Shown here: positions 1 to 10,783 of the stretch, one piece after another
How the letters are laid out: the number at the start of each line of letters is the position of its first letter
Position numbering within the stretch: the first letter of the stretch is position 1
Source: an uncultured bacterium
GTDB taxonomy: Bacteria > Desulfobacterota_D > UBA1144 > Nemesobacterales > UBA2774
Assembly: GCA_963825135.1 (NCBI GenBank)
Contig: CAWGRW010000010.1
Span: 1-64,000, forward strand
Direction of reading: 5' to 3'
Length of the DNA: 64,000 nucleotides
The notes under the pieces: model-generated
The model's input: only the letters and a program-made list of their open reading frames with translations
The model's database searches: none
Told to the model about the DNA's origin: nothing
Made by a program: the position numbers and the translations under genes

Positions 1-1470
1 CCTTGTCGCTGAACAAGGAAAGCGTCTGCCACGACTCCCTCTCCGTAAGGTCTATGAGTACCGAGTAGACCTTGAATCCGAGCCTCGCGCGCTCGCGCTT
101 GAACCCTTCCAGCCAGGCGTCCCCTATGCCCGCCTCGCCGTCCGTAATGAATACGATGTCCCCGCGCCTCCACTTCGAGCCCTTGAGTATATCGAGCGCC
201 CTCTGGAGCGGCTCCTCGAAATTCGTCCCCCCGCCGGGGAAGTACCCGGCAAGCTCGAATACGTCTTTCTCCTTCATGGCCCATCCGCTCCTGTCCCCGC
301 CGGGCCCCGTGTCAAACACCCTCAGCGGCGAGCCGCCTGAGGAGAACACGACGACGCTCGATTTCCTCCTCTCCCTTTTCGCGATCTCTAGGAGCGTGAG
401 GCAGACCCCTTTGACCAGAGCTCCTTATTCCCCTCCATGGACGAGCTGCCGTCGAGGCAAATGACCATGGGCCCCCTGCCCTTCTCGTCCTTTAACGAAT
501 ACTGGAGCAGGCTCCCTTCTATGAGCCTCTTCTTGAAATCCGCGCGGAGGCTCAGGTTGGCGAGCGACGCGAGCTCGGAGGCGATGAGCCTCCCTATGTC
601 GTTTCCCGAGGCGACGTCGAATACCTCGCTGCCCCTCTTCGACCAGGACTTTCTCCTGCCCCTGAGCATCTCCTCTTTCAGGCTCCCCACTATCCGCGCG
701 AGGCGCCTGAGCTTCTCGTTCGAGTAGAGCCTGGCCGCGAGGTCGAGCTTCTCCCCCGGAGACCTTTCGCCGCCCGTCCCCATGGACGCCCCCCACGACA
801 TAAGCTCCTCCTCGACATTCTCGACCTTTTGAGAGGTCTCCTTCATCGAGGCCCTGACGAGGCCCTTGAGCCTGACCTCCATCTTTTCGTGCCCCTGCCT
901 GAGCTCGCTTTCTATCTTCTTGAGCGCCTTCGCCTCTTCGTCGAGCTCGGACTTCTTCTCTCGCCTAACCTTTTCGAACGCCTCGCTCCTCTCACCCTCC
1001 CCCTCTTCGATCTCATTCATCGTCTCGTCCTCGCCCTCAAGCTCCTCCATGTCGCGCTCGGCCCTGTCGGTCTCCCATTCCCTCATGAGCGCCTTCGCGC
1101 CGGGCCCGTCTTCCGATTTGAGCCAGTCGAGCACCATGCCGCCCATCTCCGCCGCGGCGAGAGTGGAGCGGAACGAGTCGAGCACGGTGTCCTCGCGAAG
1201 AGCGGCGTAAGCGGGGTCCTTAAGCACCCCCTGAAGTATCCTCCTCGGAAAAAGAGAGCTTCTCCTCGTTCCCGATTCCGGGAGGAACACCACGTTATGC
1301 TTGTAAAACGCGGCGAAGAGGTCGAGGACGAGCGCACCGAACCCGGGCAGGAGCGCAGAGCCCCTTTCGATGAGCTCTCTCAATCGGGCGGATTCCGATT
1401 CGAGGTCCCCGAACAGAGCCCTGTCGTAGGAGTCGGTCTCGATGCTGTTTACCGCGGGCGCGCGCTTCAT
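1..1470 (-). CDS. VWA-domain protein (ViaA-like); frameshifted near 410 and running off the window start
   Basis: ORF 388..1470 ends with MIDAS motif ICLDGSSSM; adding one G to the GGGG run at ~407 continues it as ELWSKGVCLTLLEIAKRE..GGGTNFEEPL..DIVFITDGE, typical VWA motifs. Confidence 0.75.
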
Positions 1471-1566
1471 ACAGGGGTAAGGCTAACACGCGGCCCCGGG
1501 GGTATCAATTTCTCCGTGCCGTGTTAAAATAAAAATCCTCCCGTGGCAAACACTGTGATTTATTAG

Positions 1567-2733
1567 ATGAATATAAACTCGGACGAATACAAAGCCGTAA
1601 TTGCGGTCGCCCTGATAATGGCCACGAGGCTCCTGGGCATATTCCTCATACTGCCCGTCTTCAGCGTTTACGCGGAGAAGTACCCGGGCTCGGACCTCGC
1701 CATGGCCGGGCTCGCGTTCGGCATATACGCTCTTGCCCAGAGCATACTCCAGCTCCCGTTCGGGTGGGCGAGCGACAGGATGGGCAGGAAGCCCGTCCTT
1801 ATAGCCGGCATCGCGCTGTTTACCGCGGGGAGTGTTTACTGCGGCATGGCCCACAGCATCAACGAGCTTATCATCGCGCGCATAATACAGGGGACAGGGG
1901 CCGTGAGCTCCGTCGCCCTAGCGTCGTTAGGCGACGTCACCCGCCCGGGCGTGCGGGCGCAGTCGTTCACGATAGTCGGGGTATCCATAGGCGTGTCGTT
2001 CCTCCTGGCCATTGTGATAGGCCCGTACCTCGCGGCGAGGATCGGGTTCTCGAGCCTCTTCTACATACTCGCCGGGCTGGGCGCTCTCTCGCTCCTGATC
2101 ACGCTGTTCTTCTTCCCGGCAATACAAAAAGAGACCCCGTCCGTTGAAAAAACGGGCCTTATGCGAATAGCCCTCATGCCCCGCTTGAGAACGCTGTTCG
2201 TATCGTCCCTGGTCGTATCGCTCCTCGTAAACCTGTTCGTCTTCGTGTTCCCGCTCTCGTGGAAGGCCCTCGGGGTGAGCGATGCGGGGCTCTGGCGCGT
2301 ATATCTCATAACCCTCATACCGACGGCCCTGTTCGTTTTCCCGTACATCAGGCGGGCGGAAAAGAGGGCCGGACTCACGACCGCCGCGAAAGTCGCGTGG
2401 GCGTGCATAGCGCTCGCCTTCCTCGTATATCCCGCGGGCGCGGGATACTCGCTCGTGCTCTACGGGGTCGGAATGGCGTACTTTGCGGGGCATACGATAA
2501 TGCAGTCGCTCCTGCCCGCATTCCTCACGCAGGCAGTCGGACAGGAGAAAAGGGGCTCCGCCGCCGGGATATACAACCTGCTCTCGTTCCTGGGCTCGTC
2601 CGTCGGGGGGATGATGTCGGGATTCCTCTACCAGACGAACCCCGCTCTCCCGCTAATAGCCGGCTTCGCGGTCATAATACTCTGGGGGCTCCTCGGACTG
2701 CCCACGCCTCCCGAGGACGGAACCGGCCTGTAG
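1567..2733 (+). CDS. MFS transporter (YajR-like)
   Basis: 388 aa, about 12 hydrophobic segments, motif A GWASDRMGRKP. Confidence 0.9.
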   Translation: MNINSDEYKAVIAVALIMATRLLGIFLILPVFSVYAEKYPGSDLAMAGLAFGIYALAQSILQLPFGWASDRMGRKPVLIAGIALFTAGSVYCGMAHSINELIIARIIQGTGAVSSVALASLGDVTRPGVRAQSFTIVGVSIGVSFLLAIVIGPYLAARIGFSSLFYILAGLGALSLLITLFFFPAIQKETPSVEKTGLMRIALMPRLRTLFVSSLVVSLLVNLFVFVFPLSWKALGVSDAGLWRVYLITLIPTALFVFPYIRRAEKRAGLTTAAKVAWACIALAFLVYPAGAGYSLVLYGVGMAYFAGHTIMQSLLPAFLTQAVGQEKRGSAAGIYNLLSFLGSSVGGMMSGFLYQTNPALPLIAGFAVIILWGLLGLPTPPEDGTGL

Positions 2734-2855
2734 GGAATTCGATGATCCACGGGGCCGGGTGATGTCTGACTCCCAATCATATATTCATATGCAACTGTTT
2801 TTACACAAAAGTAAAATGAGTAAGATACCATCCATCACTTTCTGAGGAGGATGGG

Positions 2856-3728
2856 ATGTTCAACTATTTCAAACAGGCGCTTTTAGCGCTTTTAATTATC
2901 GTTGTATCCGCGCTTTGCTCGAAGGCGGAAATCGTTCTCGTGAACAACGAGGGCAGCTCAAACGGGCAGCTTTTCACGTTCACGCAGTCGGCTATAGAAA
3001 CGCCCCCGGGCAGCCGGTCCGATTTCGAGATTATCGCGTGCACGACGTCATCGACGGGGTCAAATTTCTTCCTCGACCCCACCCCGGCCCGGTTCTCGCT
3101 CCTTAACTCCGAGAGCTGCGGGAACCCCCGTCAGACGCCTATAGGCACGTGCGCGCTCGGCATCTGGGACAGGCAAGTCCAATCCCAGGCCGCGGACCAG
3201 AACTTCTGTAACTGGAACGACCCTACCGAGGTGTTCGCCGGGGCGTCTTTCAGATGGTCGGGCGTGGATCCCGATAACCCCATTGTCGACCTCGAGTGCG
3301 AGACGGGGGCCGGAGCAGTGGCAACGGCGCCTTCGGCCGATGCGGAGGAGGGGTCTGAGGTGCTGAGGGTTTTCAATTTCGGCGTCAATTTCGATCAGGA
3401 AATGTTCGACTCCACCCAGGTGGAGAACGGGGTGGTGAAGGTACTTGAAATAGTCCAGCAGGGGGCCCTGTTTCAGGCCGTGCTTCTTAAGGCCCTTAGC
3501 TTCCCGAACGCAGCAGCCGGGCCAACGGCCACTCTCGACCTGAACCTCCCCGTGGAAGTGAACGACCCTACGGCGATTGCGCCATGGAGGGCGTGCACCA
3601 TCACGCTCAGGCCCGAGCCGCATAATATCCCCACGCTCTCCGAATGGGGGCTAGGAGTTTTCGCGGCGCTAACCGGCATAGGGGCGGTGTGGGCGTTAAG
3701 AAGGCGGGCCGTCAACGTGCGAATCTAG
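2856..3728 (+). CDS. IPTL-CTERM sorting-domain secreted protein (tandem copy 1)
   Basis: Signal peptide; C-terminal IPTLSEWG + TM helix + RRR; GAGGAGG RBS. Confidence 0.85.
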   Translation: MFNYFKQALLALLIIVVSALCSKAEIVLVNNEGSSNGQLFTFTQSAIETPPGSRSDFEIIACTTSSTGSNFFLDPTPARFSLLNSESCGNPRQTPIGTCALGIWDRQVQSQAADQNFCNWNDPTEVFAGASFRWSGVDPDNPIVDLECETGAGAVATAPSADAEEGSEVLRVFNFGVNFDQEMFDSTQVENGVVKVLEIVQQGALFQAVLLKALSFPNAAAGPTATLDLNLPVEVNDPTAIAPWRACTITLRPEPHNIPTLSEWGLGVFAALTGIGAVWALRRRAVNVRI

Positions 3729-3789
3729 CCTGAATTGTTGCATTTCCCAATATTTTATGATATTTATAAAACATAACGGTTAATGGAGG

Positions 3790-4629
3790 ATGGAGATGTT
3801 GAACAGCTTAAAGCTAATTCCCTTAACGATATGCATATTACTTCTTTCGGTCCCGGCGTCCCGGGCGGTTATTCAGGTTGTGGACGTCGAATCCAGCGGA
3901 TTAAGAATCGACATCGATGATAATATTACCAGCGGTCTCGTAGCAACGGGCTCGGGCGCTCCGGGGGACTTCGAGCTCCTGCTCTGCACCGCGTTCTCCG
4001 ACGGCAGTAATTCCTTTCTCGACCCCACTCCCGGCAACTGGTCGACGATCGACTCCGGGGAGTGCGGCGGAAACGGCGGCCCCTGCATATTCGGCGTTTT
4101 CGGAGCATTCGGCGATTCCGCAAGCTCCATTGACATTTCATGCAACTGGACCGACCCCGTAAGCGCTTTCGCCGCGGGGTTATTCAGGCTGAGGGGCGTG
4201 GACAAAGACAACCCCGTTATAGCCGCCGCATGCAATACAGGCGGGTCCGGTACTACAATAACCGCTCCATCGGTTGACGCGGAGCCGAACTCCTTCGTGA
4301 TCGTGGGTATCGGCACAAGCGAGTCAATACATTCCATTAACTCGAGTAAGGTCGTTCTTATCGGATTTGAGGCCTTGGGGGCCTCCCAAAAGGCCGGGGA
4401 GGCAGTCCTTTCAGCCGGCTTCGGCGACACTTTTCCGCAAGGCGGCCCTACGGGCGATGTCCAGTTCGGCCCGACCATGTCCGACTGGAGGGCGTGCACC
4501 ATAGCGCTCAGGATGGCTCCGACCGATATCCCGACCATGTCCGAATGGGGATTGGGCGTATTCGCGGCGCTCTTTGGAATCGCAGCGGTTTGGGCTCTCA
4601 GAAGGCGGGCCGCCGAAGGGCGAATCTAG
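3790..4629 (+). CDS. IPTL-CTERM protein (tandem copy 2)
   Basis: Signal peptide; IPTMSEWGLGVFAALFGIAAVWALRRR tail; paralogous Cys motifs. Confidence 0.85.
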   Translation: MEMLNSLKLIPLTICILLLSVPASRAVIQVVDVESSGLRIDIDDNITSGLVATGSGAPGDFELLLCTAFSDGSNSFLDPTPGNWSTIDSGECGGNGGPCIFGVFGAFGDSASSIDISCNWTDPVSAFAAGLFRLRGVDKDNPVIAAACNTGGSGTTITAPSVDAEPNSFVIVGIGTSESIHSINSSKVVLIGFEALGASQKAGEAVLSAGFGDTFPQGGPTGDVQFGPTMSDWRACTIALRMAPTDIPTMSEWGLGVFAALFGIAAVWALRRRAAEGRI

Positions 4630-4697
4630 CCTGTATATCCCGTTCTTCCGCTATTTTACGATTTTGTAAAAAATGCCGATCTACTGAGGATGAAGGA

Positions 4698-5534
4698 ATG
4701 AAAGGTCTTAAATTAATTCTGCCTGTTATCTGCTTATTTCTTCTATTCGTAACCGCTTCTCAGGCGGCCATCAGCCTTGTAGACCTCGAATCATCGGGCT
4801 TCAGAACCGACATAGACATCGATGTCACTCAGGCTCAGGTCTCCTCGGGCTCAGGGATACCGGGAGATTTCGAGCTCTTAATGTGCACGACGGTTTCGGA
4901 CGGCGGCAATTCATTTCTTGATCCGACCCCAGGGGGCTGGACGGCGATAAACGAGGGTGAATGCGGGGGGGACGGCGTCTGCATACTCGGCATATTCCAG
5001 AGATTTGACCGGTCCCCGGAGTCCTCGGTCATAACGTGCAACTGGACCGACCCGACAAGCGCGGTAGCGGCGTTGTCTCTCAGATACAGAGGCGTTGACA
5101 GCGACAATCCGGTAATTGACCTTGAGTGCGCCGAGGGGGGCGCGGACGATCCGTTGACCATACCCTCAGTTAATACAGAGCCCGGCTCGGCGGTTGTATT
5201 GACGTACTCGTTCGGCTTTGCTCCGAATATCATTAAGGGTCTACAGGCCGAACCGATATTCCAGGGATTCACCTCGGCAGTCGGGCAGTACACAGCCATG
5301 CAGCCGTATCAACAAGTCATCGCCGCGGCCGAAAGCCTGATATTTCGGACAGGCGGTCCTACGGGCGATTTCCAGTTCGGGCCCAGCGGATCAGACTGGA
5401 GGGGATGCGCAATAGCCCTCAGGGCCGCGCCGACCGATATCCCGACCATATCCGAATGGGGATTGGGCGTATTCGCGGCGCTATTCGGCATAGCGGCGGT
5501 ATGGGCTCTCAGGAGAAGGGCGGCGAGGGCTTAA
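4698..5534 (+). CDS. IPTL-CTERM protein (tandem copy 3)
   Basis: Start re-assigned to MKGLKL (signal peptide, upstream GAAGGA); IPTISEWG tail. Confidence 0.85.
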   Translation: MKGLKLILPVICLFLLFVTASQAAISLVDLESSGFRTDIDIDVTQAQVSSGSGIPGDFELLMCTTVSDGGNSFLDPTPGGWTAINEGECGGDGVCILGIFQRFDRSPESSVITCNWTDPTSAVAALSLRYRGVDSDNPVIDLECAEGGADDPLTIPSVNTEPGSAVVLTYSFGFAPNIIKGLQAEPIFQGFTSAVGQYTAMQPYQQVIAAAESLIFRTGGPTGDFQFGPSGSDWRGCAIALRAAPTDIPTISEWGLGVFAALFGIAAVWALRRRAARA

Positions 5535-5620
5535 TAATATCAGCGAATAACAGCTGCAAGCCGCTCCTGGTGAATGCATAACATATGAGATGTCATAATG
5601 GATACTAAAAGTAATGGAGG

Positions 5621-6451
5621 ATGGTGAACATGAATAAGATAATATTGTTTTCGATCTCGGTTTTTATTCTGCTCCTGGCTTCGACCGCCTCACACGCGGT
5701 AATACAACTAAGGGAAAACGGAGTTCAGGTCTCCGTATTTAATATACCGAATCAAACTCAGCGTGCTATTTTGACCAGTGCCGGCGAAGCGGGGGACTTC
5801 GAGGTATTAATATGTGTGACGCGCTCGGACGGCAATAATATTTTCCTCGATGCCACCCCTGGCTGGACCAGGCTCGACTCGGGCAGTTGCGGCGGGAGCG
5901 GTGGATGCATTATGGGAATATTTACGAGGACAGATGACTCTCCGGCAGAGACTGTCAATAACTGCTTATGGGTCGATCCGACGAACATGGGCGGCGAAGG
6001 CTCCTTCAGGTACAGCGCAGCGGACCCCGACGACTTCTTTATCGAGGCCAGGTGTAATACAGGCAGCGGTGGAACCCCGACTGCCCCGTCGATACTGACC
6101 GGCGCGGGTTCATCCGTGGTAAGGGCTCTCGCAATCGGTGGACTCACCGATCAAACGTTCGTTGATTCGGAGCAAGTAGAAGAAGGCAATTACGGCTTTA
6201 GTGCGTCCGGTGACGGTGAATTCATCGGAGGCCAGGGATCATCTTTCTTCTTTGAGGATACGGCGCAGGCCGGATTTTTTGCATTCGGTCCCACTACCGG
6301 TGACTGGAGGGCCTGCACAATCGCGTTCGGACCGGAACCCAATATTATCAGCAACATTCCTACCCTCTCCGAATGGGGATTGGGCGTATTCGCGGCGCTA
6401 TTCGGCATAGCGGCGGTATGGGCGTTGAGAAGAAAGGCGGTCAGGGCTTAA
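5621..6451 (+). CDS. IPTL-CTERM protein (tandem copy 4)
   Basis: Signal peptide; IPTLSEWG + TM + RRK tail. Confidence 0.85.
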   Translation: MVNMNKIILFSISVFILLLASTASHAVIQLRENGVQVSVFNIPNQTQRAILTSAGEAGDFEVLICVTRSDGNNIFLDATPGWTRLDSGSCGGSGGCIMGIFTRTDDSPAETVNNCLWVDPTNMGGEGSFRYSAADPDDFFIEARCNTGSGGTPTAPSILTGAGSSVVRALAIGGLTDQTFVDSEQVEEGNYGFSASGDGEFIGGQGSSFFFEDTAQAGFFAFGPTTGDWRACTIAFGPEPNIISNIPTLSEWGLGVFAALFGIAAVWALRRKAVRA

Positions 6452-6578
6452 CATACGCATAAATTGAGAAATAACCTGGCTTTGCTCAGGCGGCGACGGC
6501 CCGGGCATAGCCTGTCTTTTCTAAAGAAAGAACTATAACTTCCTCTTTTTATTTTTTTCCGATGGAATCGCGGTCGAT

Positions 6579-7553
6579 TTAAACCCCGCCCCTGGTCCTG
6601 ATAGACTCGAGCACGGTGCGGATGTCGTAGAGGTCGCCCGCGACGACGGCCTCGATTTCGGTGAGCACCTGGGCGTAGCTGTGCCTCGCCCTCCCGCCGA
6701 CTATTATCGGCAGGCCCTGAAGATAACGCCTGAGCTTCCGGAGCTCGCGCGCGACGAGCGGGTCGCTTTCAGGATAAATCAGGCTCAGCACCAGGGCCCT
6801 GGAACCGTTATACGTCACGGCGCCCGCTATCTCCTCCGAGGGCAGGCTCGGGCCGAGGTAGGTCACGTTCCAGCCCTCGCTCGCGGCCGTCACGGCTGCC
6901 GATAGGGCCCCTATCTCGTGCGCCTGGTCGGAAGGGGTGGTTACGACGGCGTGGGGCGCGCCCGGAAACGTCTTCTGCACGGCGAGCAGGCCCCCGAGAA
7001 ACGTCCTCACGGACTGCGTGGCCAGGTGCTCGTGGGAAATCCTCATCTCCCCCTTGCGCCAGAGGTCCCCTATCCTCTCCATGACCGGTACGATCACGCG
7101 CTCGAGAAGCGCGTTCCTGCCGAGGTCGGTCTCGGCCTCGATCAGCGTCTCCTCGAGGGCCTTCCTGTCCATATGCTCGACCCCGGTTATGAAATTGTCC
7201 ATGTATGCGTTGTAGTCCCTGACGAGAGTGAGGTCGGCCGTCTTTATAATCTCGGTCGTCTTCCTCTGGGGGAGGTCTATGACGTTAATCCTGCCCACGA
7301 TGTCCTCGAGCTCCTCTCTCGAGTAGGAGGCTATCTGGCTGATGGGATGGCCGGCGCCGGTCGCCTTGTGAAGGAGAGAGAGCCTCTGGACGTCGCTCTC
7401 CCTGTAGAATCTCCTGTTGTTCGAATCCCTGCCCGGGCTGACCACCCCGTAACGCCTCTCCCAAGCCCTTATGGCGTGGGGGGTGAGTCCCGTGATCTTG
7501 GAGGCGGCTTTCATAGAGAATTTCTTGTGTATTTCTTCACGGCTCTCGTCCAT
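6579..7553 (-). CDS. MerR-family regulator with cobalamin-binding domain (CarH/LitR-like photoreceptor)
   Basis: MerR HTH with RAWERRYG; W-x9-EH (WRKGEMRISHEH); B12-binding His motif (QAHEIGAL); YLGPSLP. Confidence 0.9.
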   Translation of the reverse strand: MDESREEIHKKFSMKAASKITGLTPHAIRAWERRYGVVSPGRDSNNRRFYRESDVQRLSLLHKATGAGHPISQIASYSREELEDIVGRINVIDLPQRKTTEIIKTADLTLVRDYNAYMDNFITGVEHMDRKALEETLIEAETDLGRNALLERVIVPVMERIGDLWRKGEMRISHEHLATQSVRTFLGGLLAVQKTFPGAPHAVVTTPSDQAHEIGALSAAVTAASEGWNVTYLGPSLPSEEIAGAVTYNGSRALVLSLIYPESDPLVARELRKLRRYLQGLPIIVGGRARHSYAQVLTEIEAVVAGDLYDIRTVLESIRTRGGV

Positions 7554-7560
7554 GGGCTAT

Positions 7561-7589
7561 ATGTTATACCCTTGTCTAATATGTGTCAA
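7561..7589 (-). promoter_or_regulatory. Putative sigma70 promoter of the CarH/LitR gene with overlapping 11-bp-spaced repeats
   Basis: Minus strand TTGACA (7589-7584), 17 bp, TAACAT (7566-7561); TAGACA lies 11 bp after TTGACA; ATG is 7 nt past the -10. Confidence 0.6.
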
Positions 7590-7747
7590 GCATATATCGA
7601 ACATTTAAGAGTGAACATTCAGTTTATTTGACGGATTATTTAGATGTGATTCACAACATGCTTTCAATTCATAGCAATCTATAATTTAATAGCCCTGTAA
7701 AGTTGCTTTTCACCCATCCTGCGGGCTGCCTGCACCTAAAATAATGC

Positions 7748-7795
7748 TTGACATGTGCTAGACACGGTGATAATATAATAGACGCATGTTAGACA
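7748..7795 (+). promoter_or_regulatory. Putative promoter and CarH/LitR-type operator upstream of the sigma factor
   Basis: TTGACA 7748, 17 bp, TGn-TAATAT 7771; T(T/A)GAC(A/G) at 7748, 7759, 7779, 7790 (two 11-bp-spaced pairs). Confidence 0.6.
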
Positions 7796-7918
7796 ACCGG
7801 GGGGTTAATCTATCGGCGAATAATTTCGTTTAATTTCGAGGCCGGATGAATCCCGGCCCTTGTAAATCCTGTCTAAAGCAATATATAGAGAATATAGAGA
7901 AGCGGAGGGCGGATCAAA

Positions 7919-9040
7919 ATGATGGATAACGAATACGACACAAAATATTTTTCCTCGGGCGATTATGCCGAAGATGATTTCTTCGCCCCGGGCGGGAGGC
8001 GGGAAAACGCCTTCGATTCGTTTTCGTCCCCGGAAGACAGGCAGGCTCCGCCTGCAGTAAAGAAGCGGGGGGAAAAGGAAAGGAAATGGTCCAAGTACGA
8101 GGAGGAAAGGGTCCTGCAGGTCTATTTCAGGGACCTGCTCACGGAGCCTCTGCTCACCCCCGGCGGCGAGAAAGAGCTCGGCGCCAAGATCAAGGAATGC
8201 GAGAGGAACGCGAGGAAGATACAGAAAGAGCTGGAGCGCTTGTCGACGTCGAAGCTGAAAAACCCCCCGGCAAGGGACAGGAACAGGCTCGACGCCACGA
8301 GGAAGGTATATTCGGAAAAGGCGCTCGAGCTTAAGTCGAAATTTATCAGGTCTAACCTCAGGCTCGTCGTGAGCATAGCGAAAAAACACCTCGGGAGAGG
8401 GCTTCCGCTTACGGACCTCGTACAGGAGGGGAACCTCGGGCTGATAAGGGCGGTCGAGAAATTCGACCATAGAAAGGGCTTCAGGTTCTCGACTTACGCC
8501 GCGTGGTGGATACAGCAGGCCCTCACCAGGGCGATCGCCGAGAAGACCAGGACCATAAAGGTGCCCGTTTACGTGCTCGAGCAGTCGGGCAAGGTGTTCA
8601 GGGCGAAGTACGCCGTCGAAGAGGCGCTCGGCAGGAAGCCTCTTCCCGAAGAGATCGCGGAGAAGGCGGGCCTTTCGAGAGAGATAGTCCAGGCGGTGCT
8701 CGACGGCACGGACAGCGTGCTTTCGCTCGACAACCCCGTGGGAGACGACAACGAAAAGACCTACGTGGACCTGATGCCGGACGAGCGGGAGGGGCAGGAG
8801 TCGGCCGTTTCGGACAGCAGGGTAAAGGACCTGCTCGACGCATCCCTGTCGGCCCTTACCTCCAAGGAAGAGGAGATCGTGAGGATGAGGTTCGGCCTCG
8901 GCGAGGGCAGGATATACACTCTCGACGAGATAGGAGTCAAGTTCGGGGTTACGCGCGAGCGGATAAGGCAGATTGAGAAAGGGGCGCTCGAAAAAATCTC
9001 GAAATCAGGTCTCGGCGAGACCCTGAAGGGATATTTGTAA
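7919..9040 (+). CDS. Sigma-70 family RNA polymerase sigma factor (RpoD/RpoS-like, no region 1.1)
   Basis: [41 protein letters not shown], region 4 [10 protein letters not shown]. Confidence 0.93.
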   Translation: MMDNEYDTKYFSSGDYAEDDFFAPGGRRENAFDSFSSPEDRQAPPAVKKRGEKERKWSKYEEERVLQVYFRDLLTEPLLTPGGEKELGAKIKECERNARKIQKELERLSTSKLKNPPARDRNRLDATRKVYSEKALELKSKFIRSNLRLVVSIAKKHLGRGLPLTDLVQEGNLGLIRAVEKFDHRKGFRFSTYAAWWIQQALTRAIAEKTRTIKVPVYVLEQSGKVFRAKYAVEEALGRKPLPEEIAEKAGLSREIVQAVLDGTDSVLSLDNPVGDDNEKTYVDLMPDEREGQESAVSDSRVKDLLDASLSALTSKEEEIVRMRFGLGEGRIYTLDEIGVKFGVTRERIRQIEKGALEKISKSGLGETLKGYL

Positions 9041-9358
9041 GGGGCTCCCGGACATGAATGCCCGAAATATTTAATGTACACCCCCACCCGAATCCTCCCC
9101 ATTCGGAAGGGTGAGGAATAAAATTTTATGTACGGGCCTGCTTAACAGACCCATAAAATCCCGCAGACTTAATTTGTAGTAGAATCCCCCGAGGTTACCG
9201 AGTAGAATTGAATCGACAGGTTCCAGCAAAAGGCGCCCGGTCCTGTCATACCGGCACACACAGCACCACCGGGTCGAGTGTACGAATGAGAGCCCGGCTC
9301 CCGCACAGGGCGTGCGTCATTTAACCGATAGCTTTCGAGGAGGCATGGGAAACGGCGG

Positions 9359-10732
9359 ATGATACACGGCAGAACTATTTTCTGGTTCAAGCGGGACCTC
9401 AGGACGGACGACAACACGGGGCTGATAAACGCGGTCAGGGACAGCGGCGAGGTCATCCCCCTCTACGTGCTCGAGGATTCCATCCTCTCTAAATACGCGG
9501 GCGAGAGCAAGCGGCTCGGGTTTTTCTCGGACGCCCTTTCGAATCTCGAAACGGAGCTCAGGAAACTGGGCTCCTACCTGCTCGTCCTGAGAGGGAAGGC
9601 CGAGGAGATAATCCCGGCCCTCATACAATCCCAGAAGGCGGACGCCGTTTACACGAACAGGGCCTACGGCTTCTCGGGCGTAAAGCGCGACCTCGGCGTA
9701 GAGCACCAGTGCAGGCTCCTGGGCGCAGCGTTCAGGAAATACGACGACACGCTCCTGGTCCCCCCCAACGAGGTAGACCAGAGAAAGATATTCGCCCCCT
9801 TTTACAACATATGGCAGGGGAAACCGAAGAGCCCGTCCCGGGACGCCCCCGCCGCGATCAAGTCCCCTCCGCTCGAGACCGGCGCGGCCGGGCAGATGAC
9901 GCGGGATTTGGGCCGCGCGGAGAATAAATACTGGCCCCTCGATTTCCCGGGGACGAGGCTCAGGGAGTTCAATTTCAGGGACTACGGCACATCGAGGGAC
10001 TTTCCGTGCCTGGACGGCACTTCGAGGCTCTCCCCCTATCTGAGGTTCGGCGTCGTATCCGTAAGACGCGTCTACGAGGCCGCCTCCGGGGCGCGCCCGG
10101 AGCCGAACCCCTACATATCGGAGCTCGCGTGGAGGGAGTTCTGGTACCACATCATGCACAACTTCCCGGAGTCGAGGGGACTCGAATTTCAGGAAAAGAG
10201 GCGGAATATAAAATGGATAAACAGCGACAAGTGGTACGACGCCTGGCGCGAGGGCCGCACCGGATACCCGATCGTGGACGCGGGGATGAGGCAGTTAAAA
10301 GAAGAGGGCTGGATGCACAACCGGGTGAGGATGATCGTGGCTTCATTCCTCACGAAGGACCTCATCACGGACTGGAGATGGGGGGACTGGCACTTCTTCG
10401 ACCACCTCGTTGACTACGACGAGACGGTCGACATAGGGAACTGGCAGTGGGCGGCGTCCTGCGGAGCCGACCCCAAGCCCTTCCGCATATTCAACCCTAC
10501 GCTGCAGTCGCAGAACCACGACCCGGAATGCCTGTACATAAAAAAATATATACCCGAGCTTTCAGCGCTCGAGCCCGAGAAGATACACAACCCGCTCACC
10601 TACAAGCTCCCCTACCACAGGCCCATAGTGAACCACTACGAGATGCGGAACCTCGCCCACGAGGCGTATTCGGGCGGGCGCATCGACGACGTGTACATCT
10701 CACAGATAAAAAAGGACCCCGGACTCCCCTGA
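9359..10732 (+). CDS. phr: Deoxyribodipyrimidine (CPD) photolyase
   Basis: WFKRDLRTDDN, TSRLSPYLRFG, ELAWREF, TGYPIVDAGMRQL, WMHNRVRM, WQWAAS, FRIFNP. Confidence 0.93.
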   Translation: MIHGRTIFWFKRDLRTDDNTGLINAVRDSGEVIPLYVLEDSILSKYAGESKRLGFFSDALSNLETELRKLGSYLLVLRGKAEEIIPALIQSQKADAVYTNRAYGFSGVKRDLGVEHQCRLLGAAFRKYDDTLLVPPNEVDQRKIFAPFYNIWQGKPKSPSRDAPAAIKSPPLETGAAGQMTRDLGRAENKYWPLDFPGTRLREFNFRDYGTSRDFPCLDGTSRLSPYLRFGVVSVRRVYEAASGARPEPNPYISELAWREFWYHIMHNFPESRGLEFQEKRRNIKWINSDKWYDAWREGRTGYPIVDAGMRQLKEEGWMHNRVRMIVASFLTKDLITDWRWGDWHFFDHLVDYDETVDIGNWQWAASCGADPKPFRIFNPTLQSQNHDPECLYIKKYIPELSALEPEKIHNPLTYKLPYHRPIVNHYEMRNLAHEAYSGGRIDDVYISQIKKDPGLP

Positions 10733-10783
10733 CGCCCCCTATGGATTTTCCTAACTATTTGCTACACTAAGACAGGACGAAGC

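Noticed and set aside
2856..6451. Diversity-generating retroelement or integron cassette array
   Set aside because: No reverse transcriptase, integrase or attC-like sites; repeats are coding sorting tails
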